From contig JBBSGA010000001.1 in assembly GCA_038254585.1 (NCBI GenBank), positions 37-64,036 on the forward strand: a stretch of 64,000 nt of DNA, read 5' to 3'. This DNA is from Chloroflexales bacterium. Lineage in GTDB: Bacteria; Chloroflexota; Chloroflexia; Chloroflexales; Kallotenuaceae. Under the pieces are notes generated by a model that saw only the letters and a list, made by a program, of their open reading frames with translations, made no database searches and was not told where the DNA came from. This document shows, piece after piece, positions 28,477 to 36,547 of the stretch; positions within the stretch are counted from its first letter, which is position 1; every line of letters starts with the position of its first letter. Position numbers and translations under genes: made by a program.

Positions 28477-29208
28477 CTAGAGGATGTCGAGCCGGCCCCC
28501 ATCCACCACCAGCGTGGTCCCGGTGATGAAGCGTGCCTCGCCGGCGGCGAGAAAGCAGATCGCGGCGGCGATATCGGCGGGCTTGCCGATCGCCCCCTGG
28601 ACCTTCTCGGCGCCGCTCTTGATATTGGGGTTATTCCATAGCATCGGCGTGTCGACCGCGCCCGGAGCCACGCAGTTGATCCGGATCTTTTTGTCCGCGA
28701 GCTCCTCGCTGAAGCCGCGGGTGAACGCCTCCATACCCCCCTTGGAGGTCGCGTAAGGCACCACGTTCCGCGTGGTCTCATGGGCATGCACCGAGCTGAT
28801 GTTGACGATCGCACCACCCTTGGGCATATGCGGCACGCTGTACTTGCAGAAGAGGAAGACCGAGCGCAGGTTGACGTTCATGACCTTATCCCAGTCGTCC
28901 TCCGGCAGATCTACGATGGGCGTGAAGGTCATCATCGCCGCATCGTTGACCACGACGTCGATCTTGCCCCATTTGTCGACCGCGGCCTTGACAGCCGCCT
29001 TGACCTCGGCCGGATCTCCGACATTGGCCTTGGCGAAGATTGCCTCGCCGCCGCTCTTCGTGATCGTCTGAACCGTGTCGTTGCCATGGTCTTCGTTGAT
29101 GTCGACCACGACGACCTTGCCGCCTTCGGACGCAAAGCGCTCACATGCCGCCTGGCCGATGCCCGATCCGCCCCCGCTGACGATGCAGACCTTGTCTTTG
29201 AAACGCAT
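28477..29208 (-). CDS. SDR-family oxidoreductase (classical, FabG/glucose dehydrogenase-like)
   Basis: VSGGGSGIGQA, NDAA, YATSK (Y-x3-K). ATG 29208 with GAGGAG SD. The upstream part of ORF 28477-29280 lacks support. Confidence 0.9.
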   Translation of the reverse strand: MRFKDKVCIVSGGGSGIGQAACERFASEGGKVVVVDINEDHGNDTVQTITKSGGEAIFAKANVGDPAEVKAAVKAAVDKWGKIDVVVNDAAMMTFTPIVDLPEDDWDKVMNVNLRSVFLFCKYSVPHMPKGGAIVNISSVHAHETTRNVVPYATSKGGMEAFTRGFSEELADKKIRINCVAPGAVDTPMLWNNPNIKSGAEKVQGAIGKPADIAAAICFLAAGEARFITGTTLVVDGGRLDIL

Positions 29209-29228
29209 AACCTTCGCTCCTCTCTCAG

Positions 29229-29402
29229 TTACCCGAACGGCGCCCGGCGGCGCTTGTCCGCCTCGGATCCTTGCTCCCACCCGGCTTCACTGCCGGCCGG
29301 CCGCAGCCATGAGCGAAGCGCCCAGAGGATCACGGCGCGCAGCTCCGGCCAGCGCTCCCCGAACAGCAGCACACGCTTCGGTCGATCCTTCGAGGTGTTC
29401 AT
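29229..29402 (-). CDS. Possible small protein (57 aa) translationally coupled to the GMC gene
   Basis: ATG 29402 overlaps the GMC stop (ATGA at 29399-29402). Third codon positions are overwhelmingly G/C, as in neighbouring genes. No domain recognised. Confidence 0.35.
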   Translation of the reverse strand: MNTSKDRPKRVLLFGERWPELRAVILWALRSWLRPAGSEAGWEQGSEADKRRRAPFG

Positions 29403-31063
29403 ACCGGCACCTTTTGATGGACAAACGGGCGGTGCTGCAGGGCACCGCGCGGCACCGCGTCTTTGAGCCAATCCGCGGTACGCGCCGCGATCGCCGAGAT
29501 CGTCAGGGCCGGGTTCGCCGAGCCCTGCGTCGGCAGCACGCAGCCATCACACACAAAGAGGTTGGCGACATCCCAGCTGCGGCACCACTGGTCGACGACC
29601 GAGTCGTCGGGCGAGAAGCCCATCCGGCACGTGCCGACAAGGTGCGCATAACGATCCACGGCATGCGTATCCAGGGCACCCGCAGCGGTAAAGACTTCCA
29701 TGGCCTTCAGCATGCCGGCATGCATCAGCTTGCGGTCGTTCTCGAAGCGGCTGAAGTGTACGTAGGGCACGGGGATACCAAACTGATCCTTCAGGGTCGG
29801 GTGGATCTCGACTCGGTTACGCTCGTCGGGCAGGATCTCGCCCAGAACGCCAATGCCGGCGTAGTGGTTATAGTCCTGCATCTCGCGGAGCAGCTCCTCG
29901 CCGAAACGGCCCGTCTCGTCAACGAGCAGGTGCGCCATGGCGATCGGCAGCGGCCCAACGCTCTGCAGCGCATAGCCGCGCACGAAATCGTTGCGCGGGT
30001 CGGTTTCATAGAACTCCTCGGTCAGCGCGCACGCCGGCGGGGCTTTGTACTGGCGAATCATCTCTGGAAACCGTGCCCAGACGACTGGGGCGCCCTGCGC
30101 CATGAGGTATTTTCCAACCTTTCCGCTGCTGTTGGCCAAACCATCAGGAAAACGCCCTGACTTCGAGTTCAGCAGCAGGCGCGGCGTCTCGATGGCGTAG
30201 CCGGCCACGATCACCGCCCGCGCTTTCTGCTCCTCCTCGACGCGCGTGCCGGCTCGTGTCGTCCGGTAATAGCGCACCCCCGTCACCCGTCCCTGATCGT
30301 CGAGCGGCACTTCGTAGGCCATGCAGCGGGTGCGTATCTCCGCGCCATGCTCGACCGCGTACGGGATATGGCTGACGTGAATTGCGCTCTTCGCCCCGAC
30401 TTTACAGCCGATGTTGCAGAAGCCGCGCATGATACAGTGCGGACGCTTGCCGACGGCACCCGAGGGGATCGCGACCGGCCCTCCGGCGCAGACGGGGATC
30501 CCCAGCTTCACGCAGCCTTCGATCAGCTTCTGGCCGGCCGTGCCCGCCTGGAGCGGCGCGTACGGGTAGCCGTGCGGTTTGCCCCAGGGATAGCGCGCCG
30601 GGCCCGACACCGGGTACTCGCGCTCCATGCGCTCGTAATAGGGCTCGAGCTCCTGATAGGTCAGGGGCCAGTCGGCGCCAACTCCGTCGAGCGTTCGCAC
30701 GTGGAAGTCCGAGGGGTGAAAGCGCGGGCAGAAGGCCGAGTAGTGCACCGTGCTCCCGCCGACACCCCGGCCGGAATTATTGGCCCCAAACTCGAGCGGA
30801 TCGGCCCCGCCCGTGATACGCAGGTCGGTCCAGTACAGGCCGCTCGAGCCGGCCTCGTCCGAGACCATGTCCTCTTCCGAGTCGTGCCACTGTCCCGCTT
30901 CGAGCGCCACGACCGAGAAGCCATAGCGCGCGAGCCGCTGCGCCAGCACACCGCCCCCGGCGCCCGTGCCGACGATACAAAAGTCGACCTGCTCTTCAGG
31001 ACGGTATTCGCGCATGTCGGTGTCGAGCACCCAATCCGGCGACAGGTGGACGTGCAGTTTCAC
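29399..31063 (-). CDS. GMC-family FAD-dependent oxidoreductase (flavoprotein dehydrogenase subunit)
   Basis: FAD fold DFCIVGTGAGGGVLAQRLA...ALEAG and a C-terminal GMC catalytic region (...GTCRMG...VCDGCVLPT). Start is GTG 31063 or ATG 31015. Confidence 0.9.
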   Translation of the reverse strand: MKLHVHLSPDWVLDTDMREYRPEEQVDFCIVGTGAGGGVLAQRLARYGFSVVALEAGQWHDSEEDMVSDEAGSSGLYWTDLRITGGADPLEFGANNSGRGVGGSTVHYSAFCPRFHPSDFHVRTLDGVGADWPLTYQELEPYYERMEREYPVSGPARYPWGKPHGYPYAPLQAGTAGQKLIEGCVKLGIPVCAGGPVAIPSGAVGKRPHCIMRGFCNIGCKVGAKSAIHVSHIPYAVEHGAEIRTRCMAYEVPLDDQGRVTGVRYYRTTRAGTRVEEEQKARAVIVAGYAIETPRLLLNSKSGRFPDGLANSSGKVGKYLMAQGAPVVWARFPEMIRQYKAPPACALTEEFYETDPRNDFVRGYALQSVGPLPIAMAHLLVDETGRFGEELLREMQDYNHYAGIGVLGEILPDERNRVEIHPTLKDQFGIPVPYVHFSRFENDRKLMHAGMLKAMEVFTAAGALDTHAVDRYAHLVGTCRMGFSPDDSVVDQWCRSWDVANLFVCDGCVLPTQGSANPALTISAIAARTADWLKDAVPRGALQHRPFVHQKVPV

Positions 31064-31205
31064 GCCGACCTTCCTTTCCGTTCCATGGAGAGACGTTCAC
31101 CACAAAGACACGGAGGCACGGAGGAGCTTAAGGTTGAGGTACCTATCCTCGCGCTTTCACGATGTATCGTCATGTCCTGCAAACCCCCTTTACAGCAAAC
31201 CCAAT

Positions 31206-31853
31206 CTAGGCCTCCGTGTCTCCGCGCCCCCGTGGTGAGCGTTCTTCGTACGGCGGAGGCACCTCGCGCGCCTCCCAGGGCTCGGGCGCGCCATGATTCA
31301 GGGCGAGATACCCCCGCGGATAGGCCGGGCCGCCGAATCCGATCTCGTCCCAGGCGTAAGGATGCGCATAGTAGACGCCCGTGATCTGCCGTAGCGCGAC
31401 AAAGATCCACCAGCGCCGCGCCGGCATACGCTGCCAGACGTCGCCCGGCGGGTCGCCGCCGCGGATCGTCTCGAGCACCTCGTCCTGCTGGACGTCACTC
31501 AGATCTGCGAAGCCACGTCCGAACTTCGCGTGTGCCGTCTGGTCCAGCCCCTGCAGGCCCCACGTCCAGGCCTCCCCGACGGGAGGCATATCGTCGAAGC
31601 GAAAGCCTTCCTCGTAGCCTCCCTGGCAGGTCTGATCGATCCGCGGCGCGATGGGAACCTTGCGGTCGGCCGGACGATGGTGCTGCGGAATAACGCGCGC
31701 GCAGAGCGCTTCGAGCACACGCTGCTGGTCGTCGTCAAAGAACTGGAACGGCGGGACATTGACGACGCGGTCGAGCACCACGTCCCGCGTCGCCTCGTCC
31801 CAATGCTCGCGCTGTGCGAGCACGTCGGCGTCAGGATAGCGATCATGGATCAT
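31206..31853 (-). CDS. Gluconate 2-dehydrogenase subunit 3 (gamma)-family protein, no Tat signal visible
   Basis: ATG 31853 overlaps the upstream stop (ATGA). ...QQRVLEALCARVIPQ... and ...YYAHPYAWDEIGFGGPAYPRGY match the family pattern from memory. Confidence 0.7.
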   Translation of the reverse strand: MIHDRYPDADVLAQREHWDEATRDVVLDRVVNVPPFQFFDDDQQRVLEALCARVIPQHHRPADRKVPIAPRIDQTCQGGYEEGFRFDDMPPVGEAWTWGLQGLDQTAHAKFGRGFADLSDVQQDEVLETIRGGDPPGDVWQRMPARRWWIFVALRQITGVYYAHPYAWDEIGFGGPAYPRGYLALNHGAPEPWEAREVPPPYEERSPRGRGDTEA

Positions 31854-32803
31854 GTGGCGCTCTCCTCGCGGCGAAGAAGTGATGCAATGAAGCCCAGCAG
31901 ACCGACTGCGCAAAACAGGAGTGGCGCGAGCAAGGGCGGCCCCATCGTGATGTTGAACCTCAGATTGGTGAAGTGGCCCGGCATGCGCTTGATACCTCGG
32001 AGATGCAGCAGAAAGCCGAGCATACCGTCGAGGAAGGTCACGATCGACATCGCCGGCAGTACCTTGCGGGCAACCTGCTGGCTGCGTATCGCGCCCACGC
32101 CCGCGGCCACCATCGGCGGCGTGACCCACACAGGCGTCCACATCCATCGCTGGTTGAAGCTGCCCCGCAGGTGCTCGAAATATGCCTCGCCGCCGGCCAG
32201 CACCGCGAAGAATGCAGAAAGCAGCGCCATTCCCTGCTGAAAGCGTCCGTGCGCGATCTCCGCGCGAAGGCTCTCCGCCCGAGGGTGGGAGGAGCCGGCA
32301 GCCCGAGAAGCGGGGAAGATCCGCGGCGTGGTATAGGAGGCAACCTCGAAGTCCTCGAGCCGCTCACGCCGGAGAAACGACGCGAGCGTTCCGAGGACGC
32401 CGACGATACACATCAGCAGCGGCGCGAAAATGGGCGGGCCCATGACGATGTTGTACTGCCCGAGCTTGAAGCCACCGGGCATCCGCCGCACGCCGCGCAC
32501 GTGATAGAAGAAGCCGATCGCCCCGTCGACGAGGGTTGCCAGCGATACGATCGGCAGCACCTTGCGCGCGGCCTTCTCGCTGAAGATGGCGGCCGCAGCC
32601 GCGGCAGTCATCGGCGGCGTGAGCCAGATCGGCGTCCACATCCAGCGGTTACGGAACGCGCCCCGCAGGTGCTGCATGTAGGTCTCAAAGCCGCTGACGA
32701 TCGCGGCTCCGGCCGCGAGCACAGCCATGCTGCGTTGAAAACGACCCTGCCGTACTTCAGCTCGCGCGACCTGTGCTTCGCGTCTGAGCCAGCTGATGCT
32801 CAT
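31850..32803 (-). CDS. Internally duplicated integral membrane protein (two ~150-aa repeats), uncharacterised
   Basis: Repeat 1 (AEVRQGRFQRSMAVL...FLRRE) and repeat 2 (AEIAHGRFQQGMALL...LLRRE) align along their whole length. Shared motifs are Y(M/F)xHLRGxF, RWMWTP(I/V)W(L/V)TPPM, HxRG(V/I)(R/K)RMPG and MGPP(I/L)xAPLL. Confidence 0.7.
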   Translation of the reverse strand: MSISWLRREAQVARAEVRQGRFQRSMAVLAAGAAIVSGFETYMQHLRGAFRNRWMWTPIWLTPPMTAAAAAAIFSEKAARKVLPIVSLATLVDGAIGFFYHVRGVRRMPGGFKLGQYNIVMGPPIFAPLLMCIVGVLGTLASFLRRERLEDFEVASYTTPRIFPASRAAGSSHPRAESLRAEIAHGRFQQGMALLSAFFAVLAGGEAYFEHLRGSFNQRWMWTPVWVTPPMVAAGVGAIRSQQVARKVLPAMSIVTFLDGMLGFLLHLRGIKRMPGHFTNLRFNITMGPPLLAPLLFCAVGLLGFIASLLRREESAT

Positions 32804-32822
32804 GCGCTCACCTCGTCGGAAG

Positions 32823-33012
32823 CCCACCGAATGAATTCGGCATCTGATAGACCAAACGCGCTGAAGCGCGTTGAGAATGCGTTGCAACGGTCCACCTGGT
32901 TAGTCCTCATAAATGGCTCCGATGCCTTCGCACGTTGATATATCCGTGCCCGCGAAGTATTCAACACGCTTCAGCGTGTTTCGCGTACCAGACACCGAAT
33001 TCCTTCGGTGGG
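32823..33012. repeat. Inverted pair of a ~52-nt palindrome-containing element (32823-32874 and 32961-33012)
   Basis: Left copy versus reverse complement of the right copy gives about 43/52 identical by hand alignment. Each copy holds CCGAAnGAATTCGG and an AAACRCGC-TGAA-GCGYGTT hairpin whose two differences are compensatory. Confidence 0.7.
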
Positions 33013-33015
33013 GCC

Positions 33016-33213
33016 CTAACGTGCTGAAACGGCTCCGCGCGCACGCTGCCGTTCAGGCGGCACCTTGCCCACGTCCGGCGGCGGTGCCGCCCGACGTTTG
33101 CCTCGCCGCGCACCGCCCGCGACGCGCGCACCGAAGAGTACGGCCGCCGCCCCGAGCAGCAGGACGACGAAGACGGCGAACCCCGCCTCGGCGACGCTCT
33201 CGCGATCGTTCAT
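33016..33213 (-). CDS. Possible small single-TM protein (65 aa)
   Basis: ATG 33213 is 10 nt after the stop of the LarA-like gene. Hydrophobic helix FAVFVVLLLGAAAVLFGA followed by an R/K/P-rich tail. Weak support. Confidence 0.3.
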   Translation of the reverse strand: MNDRESVAEAGFAVFVVLLLGAAAVLFGARVAGGARRGKRRAAPPPDVGKVPPERQRARGAVSAR

Positions 33214-33223
33214 ACGTGCTTCC

Positions 33224-34504
33224 TCACATCCAGACCAGCTGCCCGCCGTCTTCAAAGGGAGCGGGCTGAAGCTCACTCAGAACCTCGATATTCGGCAGCT
33301 GCCGCGCCAACGGCAGCAGCGCCTCGGAGACCATCATCTCCTCGAGGCGGCTTGTATCACGGATGTGGCAGACGCGCGGCGCGTCGGAGGGCATGATCGA
33401 CATCAGGGCGAGCTCCAGTGCCTCCCGGTCGGTCTCGGCGACCATCGGCAGGTAGCCCTCGACGGTGCTGCCGTCCTTGTTGGCCGCCGTCAGCATGTTC
33501 ATCCACGTAACATGCGGGCTGATTTTGTCGGCCAGGCGCCGGGTGACGAAATCGTTCAGGCCGACGCCGGTCGCGTTGCCCAGGCTCGCTTCGGTAAGGT
33601 CCAGGCTAATGATGCGGCGGTAGTTCGGCACGCGCGGCCCGCCCTCGAAGCGCCAGAAGCCGATCACGTTCGGATCGAGCCCTGAGCCGGCCACGTCCTT
33701 GCCCATGACGTCGCACACCAGGACGTCGAGCTCGTCGAATGGGATCTGGCCGAGCAAGCTTTGTGCGAGCTTGAGCTGCCGCTGGTCGCTCACTTTGAAC
33801 TCTTCCGGCAGCACGACCTCGACACGATATGGCTCGCGGTAGGCGTTTTCCACGATCGATACGCCCGCGACGATATTCGAGCCCTGAATCAGCAGCTCCG
33901 GCACCTGCACGATGCACTCGGCCAGGCCATAATGGTGAGCGACCTGTGCTCCTGCCTGTTTGCCGAGCCCGATCATGACCATCTTGAGCAGCCCGCTCGC
34001 GACGCCGTCGCTTTTTTCTCCGAGCTTGAGATTGGGATGGACCGTCGCGCGTCCGAGCACGATCACGGCGTCGGCCTCCTGCGCCGACAGGGCATAGCAC
34101 GCCTCGTAGCCGTCACGTCCCTTGCCCCGTACGACGGTTTCCATGCGTGCGTCGATGGGAGCGCCGACACTTTCCTCGGTGACGCCGAAGAGCGAGAGAA
34201 TCTTGGTCTGGCCCTCGGGTGTCGCGCCACCATGGCTGCCCATGGCCGGGATCACAAAGGGCGCTCCTCCGGCGGCCCTAACCTCCGCGACGATGGTCTT
34301 GACGGCCGCCAGTGTCCCTCCCGCACCGCGGCTGCCGACCGTTATGCCGACGCGCTTCCCATTCCCGATGCGCTCGGCCAAGTTGTGAGCGCGCATCCTG
34401 GTGCGAATCGCGCCTTCGAGATCCTCGAGCTTTTCACGTGGGAAGAGCTGGCGCACCTTCGCCATGCGCGGCAGGGCTCCAACTTTCGGCAGCTCCATGG
34501 TCAC
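33224..34504 (-). CDS. LarA-like / lactate-racemase-N-domain (DUF2088-type) protein, function unknown
   Basis: 426 aa. The GITVGSRG...PAMGSHGGATPEGQ...GVTEESVGAPI motif block is one I associate with this family (unverified). ATGA overlap with the ndh stop. Confidence 0.5.
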   Translation of the reverse strand: MTMELPKVGALPRMAKVRQLFPREKLEDLEGAIRTRMRAHNLAERIGNGKRVGITVGSRGAGGTLAAVKTIVAEVRAAGGAPFVIPAMGSHGGATPEGQTKILSLFGVTEESVGAPIDARMETVVRGKGRDGYEACYALSAQEADAVIVLGRATVHPNLKLGEKSDGVASGLLKMVMIGLGKQAGAQVAHHYGLAECIVQVPELLIQGSNIVAGVSIVENAYREPYRVEVVLPEEFKVSDQRQLKLAQSLLGQIPFDELDVLVCDVMGKDVAGSGLDPNVIGFWRFEGGPRVPNYRRIISLDLTEASLGNATGVGLNDFVTRRLADKISPHVTWMNMLTAANKDGSTVEGYLPMVAETDREALELALMSIMPSDAPRVCHIRDTSRLEEMMVSEALLPLARQLPNIEVLSELQPAPFEDGGQLVWM

Positions 34505-35850
34505 CCCCTGGCCCGCTCATGCGGGCGCTCCTGTGCGACGGCTTTCTCCGCGGCGCGCCCCGTGCGCGTGGCCGGCACCGCGGCAAGCTCGCGTCCCGCC
34601 ACCAGATCGATCAGCCAATCGGTTCCAACGCGCAGGCGCTTCCCCATGCTCGGCAGCTTGGCAAGATAGACCGCGCGCCACATCAGCCAGGCCGTTAGCC
34701 CGGAGAAGCGGAAGCCGCGCAGTCGTGCGACGCCCGCGTGCTTGCCGACGAGCGCCAGCTCGCCGATCGGGCTATACCGGAAGGGCTGCGGCTGCCGGCC
34801 TCGCAGGACCGCGACGATGTTACGGGCCACCACCTTGCCCTCGCGGGTCGCGTTCTGAGCAGTCGGGGCATAGGTCGCCCCGGACTGCCCCTTGGGCACC
34901 TCGGCGCAGTCGCCGAGCGCCCAGACGTTGGGATGCCCTTGCACGGCCAGTGTCGCATCCACCACGAGCCCACCATGATGACCCCGTTTCGTGTCGAGCT
35001 TTGCGACGACCGGGTTCGGCATCACTCCCCCGGTCCAGATCAGCGTGTATGCGTCGATACGCTGCCCGCCCTCGACTTCGACGTAGCCGTCACCGGTGCC
35101 GGTGATCTTCGTATTGAGCATCACCTCGACCCCACGCTGCTGGAGCTCTTTCTGCGCGAACGCGGCCAGCCGCCCGCTTAGCTCCGGCAGCAGACGTCCC
35201 TCGGGGTGGACGATCACGGTGCGAATGTCGGATGGATGGATCCCCTGAAAGTCACGCGCGCTAGTGCGCACGAGGTCGTTGAGCGCGGCCATCGTCTCGA
35301 CGCCCGAAAAGCCACCACCTCCCACGACGAAGGTGAGCAGGGCCCGCCGCCGTGCCTGATCCGGCTCGTCGTCCGCCCGCTCCAGCAGGGCCAGGGCTCG
35401 ATCGTAGATCGCGGTCGCATCGGCAATCGTCTTGAGCGTGATCGAGTGCTCGCGTAGACCGGGAATATTATGGAAATTGGTGACCGACCCGAGCGCGATC
35501 ACGAGGTGATCTGCCTCAAGTACCTTCTCGGTCTCGGGTATGCCGTTCTCCTCGTCGCCGAGTGTGAGCGTGACGTGTCTGTGCTCGAGATCGATCGCCT
35601 CGATACGACCCTGCTCGAACACAACCCGCGGCGCCAGACGTCGCACCGCGGTGACGACGTGCCGCGTGTCGATCTGCCCGCCGGCCACCTCCGTCAGCAT
35701 CGGGGTGAAGAGAAAGAAGTTGTTGCGGTCGACGAGTGTGACCGTCGCGCCGTCGGAGCCGGCCAGCAGCCGCGCAAGCTCTCGCGCTGCATAGAGGCCG
35801 GCGAAGCCGGCTCCAAGAATAACGATCTTTGGCTTATCGTCGCGCTCCAC
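34501..35850 (-). CDS. ndh: Type II NADH:quinone oxidoreductase (NDH-2)
   Basis: KIVILGAGFAGLYAAREL and a second dinucleotide fold FVVGGGGFSGVE. GTG 35850 preferred (GAGGAG at 35865-35860). The ORF-track start 35892 lies upstream of the predicted -10. Confidence 0.85.
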   Translation of the reverse strand: MERDDKPKIVILGAGFAGLYAARELARLLAGSDGATVTLVDRNNFFLFTPMLTEVAGGQIDTRHVVTAVRRLAPRVVFEQGRIEAIDLEHRHVTLTLGDEENGIPETEKVLEADHLVIALGSVTNFHNIPGLREHSITLKTIADATAIYDRALALLERADDEPDQARRRALLTFVVGGGGFSGVETMAALNDLVRTSARDFQGIHPSDIRTVIVHPEGRLLPELSGRLAAFAQKELQQRGVEVMLNTKITGTGDGYVEVEGGQRIDAYTLIWTGGVMPNPVVAKLDTKRGHHGGLVVDATLAVQGHPNVWALGDCAEVPKGQSGATYAPTAQNATREGKVVARNIVAVLRGRQPQPFRYSPIGELALVGKHAGVARLRGFRFSGLTAWLMWRAVYLAKLPSMGKRLRVGTDWLIDLVAGRELAAVPATRTGRAAEKAVAQERPHERARG

Positions 35851-35878
35851 GCTCCACCACTCCTCGGTATTGGGCAGT

Positions 35879-35953
35879 ACTGTACCGCCCACGCGTGAAC
35901 GTGCCGGTTAGCACCGGTGAACAAGCACATAAATGTCGGTGAATATTCGTAAA
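35879..35953 (-). promoter_or_regulatory. Promoter with four phased TTCAC direct repeats (locus B)
   Basis: Minus strand: TTTAC/TTCAC boxes (plus-strand GTAAA at 35949; GTGAA at 35939, 35917, 35895), then 10 nt, then TACAGT (35884-35879). Same spacings as locus A. Confidence 0.6.
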
Positions 35954-35992
35954 CGGGTGGGCGGTCGTAGGCAGTGGCGGGCGAGGACAACA

Positions 35993-36035
35993 GAAGGCCG
36001 GAGGCCTGCCTGGTACAGGTAGACCTCCGGCCTTC
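35993..36035. other. Perfect 12-bp inverted repeat hairpin (GAAGGCCGGAGG / CCTCCGGCCTTC)
   Basis: Arms at 35993-36004 and 36024-36035. The 19-nt loop contains a nested CCTG-GTA-CAGG mini-hairpin. Sits in the ~700-nt ndh / aldehyde dehydrogenase intergenic region. Confidence 0.6.
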
Positions 36036-36204
36036 TCCCATGAAGTGGAATGTGCTCAATGTAGGGGAGCCGGATGTAAAACGTGTGACGGTACCATCGA
36101 TCCCGGTTAACGATTTTGTCATCTAACGTCTCGCAGAGCACCATCCGCCGTGCAGGGAGCCACTCTATCTGGCTCTGGTATGATGACACGGTCAAGGTTA
36201 CAAA

Positions 36205-36438
36205 ATGTCTGAGGCTCTTTCCGCTGGCGCTATCGCAAAACCTGGCTTCTGGTCAAACGTGCTGCCCCGGCTCCTTGTCGTCTCAAGCATCCTGGGGCTG
36301 GACGACGAACGGCAAGCGTTGTATGCTGTATCGGCGACGGTCTACTCCTGGAGCGACGGCAAGGTCATACCCTTGGTACCGGCGGCAGGCCGTCCTGCCT
36401 CGCAGGCGCTTGACCTTCCCCATATCCGGGTCCCCTGA
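36205..36438 (+). CDS. Possible small ORF (77 aa) upstream of the aldehyde dehydrogenase
   Basis: Extended -10 TGGTATGAT at 36176-36184, about 20 nt before ATG 36205. GC-rich third positions. No domain recognised. Confidence 0.3.
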   Translation: MSEALSAGAIAKPGFWSNVLPRLLVVSSILGLDDERQALYAVSATVYSWSDGKVIPLVPAAGRPASQALDLPHIRVP

Positions 36439-36547
36439 GGCCTCTGCTGGGAAGGCGTCGTTCGGAAACGCCCATTGCAGCGCTCGTCGTCCGGGTGTAC
36501 GCTCTCCTCTGGAGCATTTGACCGGCCGCACTTCCCAGGAGCAAAAC

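Noticed and set aside
27142-28641. 499-aa '+' ORF antisense to the GH1-like and SDR genes; similar long antisense ORFs at 20041-20979, 22122-23255, 29075-30160, 30347-31384, 44281-45354 and 44963-46021
   Set aside because: Each overlaps a gene with clear family motifs on the other strand. Their translations are low-complexity (R/A/G/D-rich) and lack SDs. This is expected in GC-rich DNA.
35851-35892. ORF-track start of ndh at 35892
   Set aside because: It would lie upstream of the predicted -10 (35884-35879), immediately 3' of box 4 (35895-35899). GTG 35850 has a GAGGAG SD 9 nt upstream and leaves a normal distance to the KIVILGAGFAG fold.
36116-36547. N-terminal 144 codons of ORF 36116-38296 (aldehyde dehydrogenase)
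   Set aside because: The translation has no ALDH similarity and is S/R/P-rich. ATG 36548 has an AGGAG SD and begins the conserved ALDH region.
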